From NCBI GenBank assembly GCA_001724265.1, contig MEDY01000059.1:1-64000 (forward strand): 64,000 nt of DNA. The letters are read 5' to 3'. Positions 56,886 through 64,000 of this stretch are shown here, piece by piece (the stretch's first letter is position 1; every line of letters begins with the position of its first letter). A model generated the notes under the pieces. The model saw nothing but the letters and a program-made list of their open reading frames with translations, had not been told where the DNA came from and ran no database searches. The stretch is from Rhizaria sp. SCN 62-66 (taxonomy: Eukaryota). A program made the position numbers and the translations under genes.

Positions 56886-58970
56886 GCGCGGGGACGTGTG
56901 CGGGCCCGATGGCTGGACCCTCGGTGTCGGCGTTGGCGACCGGCGGCACTGGCTGTCGCGGTACGCGCGGCGCGGGCTGCTGGCATCGACGCTTGTGCTG
57001 GCCGGCTGGACGCTGCTGCGCGCGGCGGGTGCCGGCATCGTGACTCAGGCCCCGGTCACGTGGCTCGGCGCCAAGGCCATGTACGCGCGCACGAACGCTC
57101 TCGGCGCAAACGCGGCCGCGCTCGCGAGCAGCGGTGTCGGCGCCAGTGCGAGCGCGGGCGCAGGCGCGGGTGCTGCTGCGCTGCTGCTGCTGAGGGTGCC
57201 GCCGCCGCTGTCGCCGCCGCCGCTGTCGCGCGTGCTGCTGGGCTCGCTCGTCGACGGGCTCACGCTCGCGCTGCCCTTTCTGGGCGCCTTCCTACTGCTG
57301 CGGCCGTCCGCGGCGTCCCCCGCGCGCCGCCACCTGGCCACGGCGCTCTCGTGTGTCTTCTCGCTGCTCCACGCGGCAGTTCTATCCGCGCCCCCGGCCG
57401 CGCGTCGCCCGCCCGCCGCCGCAGCCGCCGCCGCCGCTGCCGCCTCGCGCCTCCCGCCGCTTGCCGCCGCGGGCCGCTACTGGGCGCGCGCCGTTGCCGC
57501 GGGCGCGGCCGCGCTGATGCGCGCGCTCGCGGAAACACTCGTACGTTTCTGCATCCGTCTGCGCACCTCAGCGAAGGTGATTGGAAATGGATTAACGGCA
57601 GATCCATCTTTCACATGTTGATATTTTCAACCCAATTTTCCCTTTATTTGCGTTTATATGACCGATATATCTCACATATTTTTATTCGCTCGAACGTTCT
57701 CTCCCTCCGTTCTATCTTTCTCCGTCTTCTCTGCTGTTTCCAGCTGCACACCCTGCTGGGCCGTGTGCACCCCGCATTGCCGCCCTCCGGCCCCGGCACC
57801 GCTGCCTCCAGCAACGGCACTGCTAGCGGCGGCCGCGGCGGCGGTGGGCGCGGGCTGGTGTTGGGCAACCCCCTGGTGGCGGCGCATCTAGCCAACGCAG
57901 CGCTCACGCTCGCCTACATCGCGATCAAGATCGATCTGGCGCGCAAGCGCCGCGCGGACGAGGCCGCCGCTCGCGCCGCCGCCGAGGCCCGCGTCGCCGC
58001 TGCGGAGGCCGCCGCGCAGGCCGCCGCGGCGGTTGCGGCCGAGGAGGAGCAGGGCCAGCGGCGGCGCCTGGGCCAAGGGCTCGGCCTCAGCGGCCAGGGC
58101 CTCGGGCCGCACAGCCAGGGCCTCGGGTTCGGCCTGGGGCTGATGGGGGCGCTGGGCGCGGAGCTGGAGCTTGAGGCAGACGCGGCCGCGGGCGTGCCTG
58201 TAGCCGCGTCGCTGTCGCCGTCGCCGTCGCCGGCGCCGGCGCTACTCCCCCGGGCCGGCGCCGCCGATGGAGTCACAGTGGGCGCAGAGGGCGCAGCGGG
58301 GGCGGCAGTGACGGAGGCGGAGCGGCGCAGACTGGGCGGCGGCTTTGCTGGGGGAATTAGTTTCAACAATTCTGCGACTGCGGGCGCGGGCAATCCCGTG
58401 TTCTCGCCGTCGCTGCTACCGCTGCCGCCGCCGCTGCCGTCGCCCTCGCTGCTGCCTCTGGCGCTGCCGCCAGGCCTGCCGCTGCCGCTGCCTTCGCCGC
58501 TGCTCTCCCCCGCGCACGCCGCCGCTGTGCTCGATGACGCCACCATGAACGCTTATGTCGGCGGCCCCCGGCCCGCGTTCGCCCCGGCATCGACCGTGAG
58601 CGCCCACCAGGTGACCGTGGGCAGAGGCTCTCCAGCGACCGTGGGCGGCGCTGTTTCGCTGGCGGTGGGGCGCGCGGCGGCCTGGGGGCTGGCGCTGGGC
58701 CGCGGGCTGTGGGCGGGCGCCACCGAGGGGCTGTGGCCCATGCCGGACCTGACCGCCTGCGGCAGCGCTGCCGCGGCCCACGACCACGGTCACTCCAGTC
58801 GCGGCTGCAGCCACATCCACAGCAAGACGCACAGCCAGAGCCAGAGCCAGAGTGGAAGCGAGAGCCCGAGCCGGAGCCGGCATGGCGCGGCTATAACGGT
58901 CGCGGCGACAGCGGTTGCGGCCGCGAGCGCCGACTGCGACGACGTGAGTGCGGCGACTGCGTCGAACTGA
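55714..58970 (+). CDS. Hypothetical low-complexity membrane protein; exons 55714-57540 and 57744-58970
   Basis: The GTACGT...CAG intron (57541-57743) joins ALAETL|LHTLLG in frame. Several hydrophobic segments. Ends TGA. Confidence 0.75.
55987..56040 (+). repeat. Perfect 18-bp tandem repeat x3 encoding (AS)n
   Basis: gcctcagcttctgcgtct three times. Confidence 0.9.
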
Positions 58971-59348
58971 GTGGCGGTGTGACATACCGTATGAACTAGT
59001 TAGCTTTTAGTGTATTGTTGATACGTAGTATGTGTTTTGATTCGTTATATTTCTTAGATTTCCTTAATATTTTTATCTTTTCATTTCTTTCTTTGTTTAC
59101 GTCACACAGCTGTCGACATGTGACCGCGTTACCTAGCTACTTCGATTAACATCAGCTTGACTTACGATACGATGACTATTTTTTCCCCACTTAATTCAAG
59201 TATAGCCTGAATACAACTTACTTGATTGATTCACATCCACTTCATCGCCCTTCATTACAGAACCGAGCTCCACGTTCAGTCCTTTTTATCAAGCTTTAGT
59301 CTTCTGTAGTGTCGACAGTGCATTCGTGCTTTGTTGGTATTTCGCTAT

Positions 59349-60829
59349 TTACCAGATCTTGATGTCCTCGTCCTCGCCGACGGTCTTGGCGGTGGACTCG
59401 ACCTTGGGCTGCGGCATCTTAGCGTCACCCTCGTCGTCCGAGGTCTTGAGGAAGTCGTCGTCCTCGCCGTCGATCTCGGACATAAACCGAGCCCGCGCCG
59501 ACTCGTAGATGGCCTTGCCCGTCTTGTTGGCCTTGTTGCCGGTGATCTTGCCGCCCGCCAGCTGCGCCGCCAGCTCCTCGTTGCCCGCGACCGTGGGCTC
59601 GTAGTCGATCAAGCCGCGTTTGGCCAGGCGCTCGGCGAGCTGGTTCGTGGTGAAGGCGTCGGTGTTGCCGAGCTCGGTGAAGCCCTCGAGGCGGTCGATC
59701 GTGTAGTTGTCCTCGGTCATGATCAGCGTTGGCATCACGCGGATGTTGAGCTTGCCCACCAAGTACGCGCACTTCTCCGCGTCGATCTACGCAGGCATCG
59801 GAGCAAAGCGATAAAAACACGGAACAAACAATACGAGGTGAGCGAGTGACAAGCCAATGGTGTGACTCTCGAGACAGTCCATTTCATGATATCAGGAATA
59901 TAATACAACATCTGTGAGGTCACACTTTGTTTGAATGTTGATAACAATCTTAGTCACGCACCTTGATGAAGCGGGCCTCCATGTGCTTCTGCGCGAGCTT
60001 GATGAGGTGCGTGTCGAGGACCTGGCAGTGAGCCGTGCTAGCGCGGTAGAAGTGCGTGATCACATGCTTGCTCGCCTTGGCAACCTCGAACCACTGCTTC
60101 TCGTCGCCGATCTCCTCGTACCGTCCGTGGCCCAGCGCGCGCCACTCCTGTCAGCGGGGACCAAGGCACGGCGATGGGGACGGGACGGTGCAGGCACGGC
60201 GTTGTCGTGTGTAGCAATGCAGCGCAGCGCAGTGCAGTGCAGTGCAGGGTAATAAAGGCAAAAAGAATAGGCATTAAACCGTTGGAAAAAATAAGCAGAT
60301 AAGATTGAGGTTGGCATGTGTTGAATTGGGACACACGTTTGTTGAGAGCATCGTCGAGTCTAACTGAAAGTGAGTGATTAGAGACGTACGGCCATCATGT
60401 TCTTCTTCTCCTCAAGCTGCTGGCGGCGCTTCTGGCGCATGTCCTGCATGTCTTCGGAGGTCATGTTGTCGAAGCGATCCATGGCCTGCGGATACAGACG
60501 CAAACGGAGTTGTAACGGCATGGGGGAAGCCACGGAATCAATGTAAGTTGGGGGACACAAAGGTAGTGGGAGGTTTAAAGAGATGAGATGAAGAGGGATA
60601 CTCACAGGAAACTGAGGAATAAACAGTCCAAGCTGAATTATAACGCGATTTTGATGGTTTTGTGCCACTGACTAGCGATATAGTAGGGCTATATGAGTGT
60701 ACAGCAGAACGAATATAAGTTGTAGAGGCAACGGACCTGGTTGAGCTGCTGCTCGGCCTGGGAAGCGACGGCCATGGTGGCCTCCAGAGCGCGCTGCTGG
60801 ATCATCTGTTGGGCAGCCTGACGACTCAT
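59349..60829 (-). CDS. TXNDC9: Phosducin-like/thioredoxin domain-containing protein 9 (TXNDC9/PhLP3); exons 60737-60829, 60390-60485, 59962-60147, 59349-59786
   Basis: Spliced product: EWRALGHGRYEEIGDEKQWF...HFYRASTAHCQVLDTHL...EARFIK|IDAEKCAYLVGKLNIRVMPTL...GFTELGNTDAF. Three phase-0 GT-AG introns. Ends TAA. Confidence 0.93.
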
Positions 60830-61553
60830 AGTGCTGCAGACGTAGGCGGCGAGGCGGGATATGGGACGTGAGAGGCGCGGCGAAGGGTGACGAGGATGAA
60901 GGAACGGACCAGTGAGAGGACGGCGACAAAGGAAGTCGACCTTACACTATGATCACAGTTTTACGGAAAGGTATATAGAAATTAAAATCTAGATAAAATG
61001 GAGTCATCGCATTCACAAATATATTTGTGCTTTGACGTCGGGGGAGCGAGCTCTTCGGTCGTTTCGGAGCCCTGTTTGAATCCTTCCGTCCGTTGCGGTC
61101 TTGGCTGTTGCTTGCCTAGGTACCGAAAAATGTTCTGCCAACTCATAACTATTTATCATTCATGAGCTAGAACAAGAAAGTTCTATTTTAAAATTGTTAT
61201 AGCAAGGTTTGTCACTTGTGTCATCTTTCTGCACTATCAGTGTTACTCGACTTTGCACTGATTGCAGTGAGATAATCTTTGAAATAGGCCACGCGTGACC
61301 GGATTATGCTGCGAACAACTGCAGCAAATGTTACTTACTGTGCACATCGATGGTAAAAAACCTAATTTATATCACACATATTCTACTGTCGATAAAATAG
61401 AATGAAATATTCCGTGAAAACTCATCGTGGGTTCTATTCACTCCAAATTGTGTGACAGTGATATTACAAATCAAGATCAATCGACCGTATACCTTCACAT
61501 GTTTCCATCAAGTGTATTATTATATTCTCTGAAACTACAATTTTTAGCTGTAA

Positions 61554-61979
61554 TTAAGCTTGATTTGCGATAAAAAGGCTGATGCAGCGAGAAATCCTTC
61601 GAATTGCAAAACCACCACAAGTTACTTTCATAACATCGACGGCCAGGAGCATGGCCTTTGGCCGACGGGTCGCAGCGAATCTCTCTGGGAACCCCGATCG
61701 GTGTGCGTTTTCCGGAAACTGACTTTGTTGTTCATCCTCTCGCTGCTTGAGCTTTTGTATCAATGTATAGTCAGGCCACGTGACCAGGTATTCAAATTTA
61801 TTTATGAAACGCTTTTTCACATCGCAGATCTTGGACATATCTTTGATTGCAGAACTGGGCATGCTCGAGATGTGGCTGGGTCTGCAGGCCACATCACTCT
61901 CGTTTCGCTCTCCCTGACCTCTATACCTGCTTGACCGGAACATAGTTTCTCTTTCAACACGACGTTTGTACATCGCCAT
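61554..61979 (-). CDS. Possible short ORF with a partial chromodomain-like motif
   Basis: 141-aa ATG ORF in AT-richer DNA containing KICDVKKRFINKFEYLVTWPDY. Codon style differs from neighbouring genes. Confidence 0.3.
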   Translation of the reverse strand: MAMYKRRVERETMFRSSRYRGQGERNESDVACRPSHISSMPSSAIKDMSKICDVKKRFINKFEYLVTWPDYTLIQKLKQREDEQQSQFPENAHRSGFPERFAATRRPKAMLLAVDVMKVTCGGFAIRRISRCISLFIANQA

Positions 61980-62077
61980 AACTTAACATCTTCTGTTCTT
62001 CACTCATGCAGCGATTCTGTGACCATTTTGCCCTTTCTGTGTCGTCCCCCTTCGTGCGCAGTTTTTTTCCGACCTCT

Positions 62078-63088
62078 ATGTCTACCCCTGCCACCAAGCG
62101 TGTCCTCATTACCGGTGCCGCCGGCCAGATCGGCTACTCGCTCGTTCCCCTTGTTGCCATGGGCAAGGTCTGCGGCGAGAACACCCCCGTCGACCTTGTG
62201 CTGTTCGACATCCCCCAGGCGCTGGCGTCCCTCAAGGGCCTGCTGCTCGAGATCGAGGACGGCGCCTACCCGCTCCTCCGCAAGGTCATCGTGACGGACG
62301 ACATCTCCGTCGCCTTCGAGGGCGTCCAGGTTGCGCTCATGGTCGGCGGCTTCCCCCGCCTCCCCGGCATGGACCGCAAGGACCTGCTCGCTAAGAACGC
62401 GCAGATCTTCGTCGCCGCGGGCAAGGCCCTCAACGAGCACGCCGACAAGAACTGCAAGATCCTCGTCGTCGCCAACCCGGCCAACACCAACTGCTACATC
62501 ATGCAGCAGAACGCGCCCTCGATCCCCAAGGAGAACTTCTCCTGCCTGACCCGTCTGGACCACAACCGCGCCGTGTCGCAGGCCGCGATCAAGGCCGGTG
62601 TCCCCGCCGCAGCCGTGAAGCGCATCACCATCTGGGGCAACCACTCCAACACCATGGTGCCCGACCTCGACCACGCGTCGATCAACGGCGCGCCCGCCGC
62701 CGAGGCCATCGCCGACGCCGCCTGGGTCAAGGACAGCTTCACGCCCACGGTGCAGAACCGCGGTGCGGCCGTGCTGGCCGCGCGCCAGAAGAGTTCCGCC
62801 ATGAGCGCGGCCAACGGCGTCGCCAACCACGTCTACGACTGGCTCAACGGCACCGCGGACAAGGACGACTGGGTCTCGATGGGCGTCGTGTCGCAGGGCT
62901 GGTATGGCGTGGCCAAGGACATCGTCTTCTCGTTCCCCGTCAAGGTGACGGGCGACGGCAAGTACACCGTCGTCGAGGGCCTTGAGATCAGCGCCGATAT
63001 GCAGGCCGCCATCAAGGCCTCCGAGGCCGAGCTGCTCAAGGAGAAGGCCACCTTCGAGGAGATCCAGGCCGAGGCCAAGCAGGCGTAA
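62078..63088 (+). CDS. MDH1: Malate dehydrogenase, cytosolic (MDH1) type
   Basis: RVLITGAAGQIGYSL, GGFPRLPGMDRKDLLAKNA, VVANPANTN, LTRLDHNRA, IWGNHS, SSAMSAA and FSFPV. Ends TAA. Confidence 0.97.
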   Translation: MSTPATKRVLITGAAGQIGYSLVPLVAMGKVCGENTPVDLVLFDIPQALASLKGLLLEIEDGAYPLLRKVIVTDDISVAFEGVQVALMVGGFPRLPGMDRKDLLAKNAQIFVAAGKALNEHADKNCKILVVANPANTNCYIMQQNAPSIPKENFSCLTRLDHNRAVSQAAIKAGVPAAAVKRITIWGNHSNTMVPDLDHASINGAPAAEAIADAAWVKDSFTPTVQNRGAAVLAARQKSSAMSAANGVANHVYDWLNGTADKDDWVSMGVVSQGWYGVAKDIVFSFPVKVTGDGKYTVVEGLEISADMQAAIKASEAELLKEKATFEEIQAEAKQA

Positions 63089-63796
63089 GCAGACGAAATC
63101 AGTCAGAAGCTGTTGACTTGGCTTAAGAAAAGCTGCAAGCTGCGATCTGACTCGTCTGACAAGATGCTTGTGTTGAAGCGTTTTATTAACATGGAAAGGA
63201 TGGGTTTGGCGATGGTGATGGCGATAGTGAGCTGTTTTTACTGCGCGTGACTCTAAATGATAACAATGAGAACTATTATCTTAGTGAGGACCGGAGGTGC
63301 GGCTCGCAATAACAATAAACGATGATTTCGAATTTTTATAAATTGCCTCAACATATGTCCGCTCATGTCTTATATCATATATGAAATTTACTGTGACCGT
63401 TTTCTCCTTTGACTAGTAAAGCTGATAAAATGTGTACTTTTATTACCGACTCTTCCATGTGCTGGTGGCGAAAAAGCGAGTTGTGGCGGGGTCACCTTCG
63501 ATCCGAGTCGCGGCAGTGCGGAGCGGGAAAAACTATTTTGCACACAAGAGACCTTATCTTTATGCGCACGGATGCTTTTTATTCGGAGTTTCGATTGGAT
63601 TTGTTTATAAAACTTATTTGTCATTCAATCAATAGCGTGCTTTGATTCCGGACGTCTCATCCCGCCACCGCTGCTTTCGCCCTCCCCATTTTAGAGGCAG
63701 CTCTTCACCCCAGTCTCACAACTTGTACTGGACAGAGTCCTAGCTCCCGCGTCCGTACACTTAACCCACACTTGTGCACACACACGCGCGAGAGCC

Positions 63797-64000
63797 ATGT
63801 CGAACCGCAAGGTCCCCACGCCGACGGCGAAGCCTGCCGCCGTCGTCAAGGATGAAGGCGCGGCTGCTGCTTCCGCTGCCGCTCCGGCCTCGTCTGCTTC
63901 CGCACTTGCGCCTACGGCTGCTGGCGCGGACGTGAAGCCGCCTGTGTTCGTGCCCAAGGCGCCGCAGCAGCGCCGCCGCGCGGCCGACGCGACCGAGGCC
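63797..64000 (+). CDS. 5' end of a protein-coding gene running off the window
   Basis: gccATG followed by a GC-rich open frame, MSNRKVPTPTAKPAAVVKDEG...FVPKAPQQRRR, to the end of the window. Confidence 0.7.
   Translation, partial: MSNRKVPTPTAKPAAVVKDEGAAAASAAAPASSASALAPTAAGADVKPPVFVPKAPQQRRRAADATEA

Noticed and set aside
4626-63078. Hundreds of long antisense and alternate-frame ORFs (e.g. 29743-32514 -, 51627-53282 +, 10480-12033 -, 25332-26339 +)
   Set aside because: These are shadow ORFs caused by extreme GC content and stop-codon scarcity. They translate as Arg/Pro/Gly noise overlapping better-supported genes.
63797-64000. Naming the last gene as RNA polymerase III subunit RPC4 from FVPKAPQQRRR
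   Set aside because: Only a short, low-information motif is visible before the window ends.

Overview
Gene-dense eukaryotic (protist-like) nuclear DNA. Exons are very GC-rich, while spliceosomal introns and intergenic spacers are short and AT-rich. About 20 protein-coding genes and one tRNA-Pro(AGG) can be supported. Recognisable products are two pepsin-family aspartic proteases, proteasome lid Rpn8, a double-AAA ATPase, a Polo-like kinase, a WAPL-like protein, UTP11, a heme peroxidase, an ABHD13-like hydrolase, a bHLH-PAS factor, a TXNDC9/phosducin-like protein and cytosolic malate dehydrogenase. Main observation: the sequence behaves as if TAG is a sense codon while TAA and TGA remain stops. 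Two long genes (20685-25088 and 26836-37440) each contain three in-frame TAGs with no TAA, TGA or frameshift, and a third gene reads through a TAG to a nearby TAA. None of 15 other complete gene models ends in TAG. Leu is the tentatively favoured meaning; Gln is not excluded. Other notable signals are a GTACGT-dominated 5' splice site, a divergent PLK/WAPL promoter with MSA- and CHR-like motifs, and S-Phi-x-E motifs in secreted proteins next to aspartic proteases. Family assignments come from recalled motifs, not database searches.
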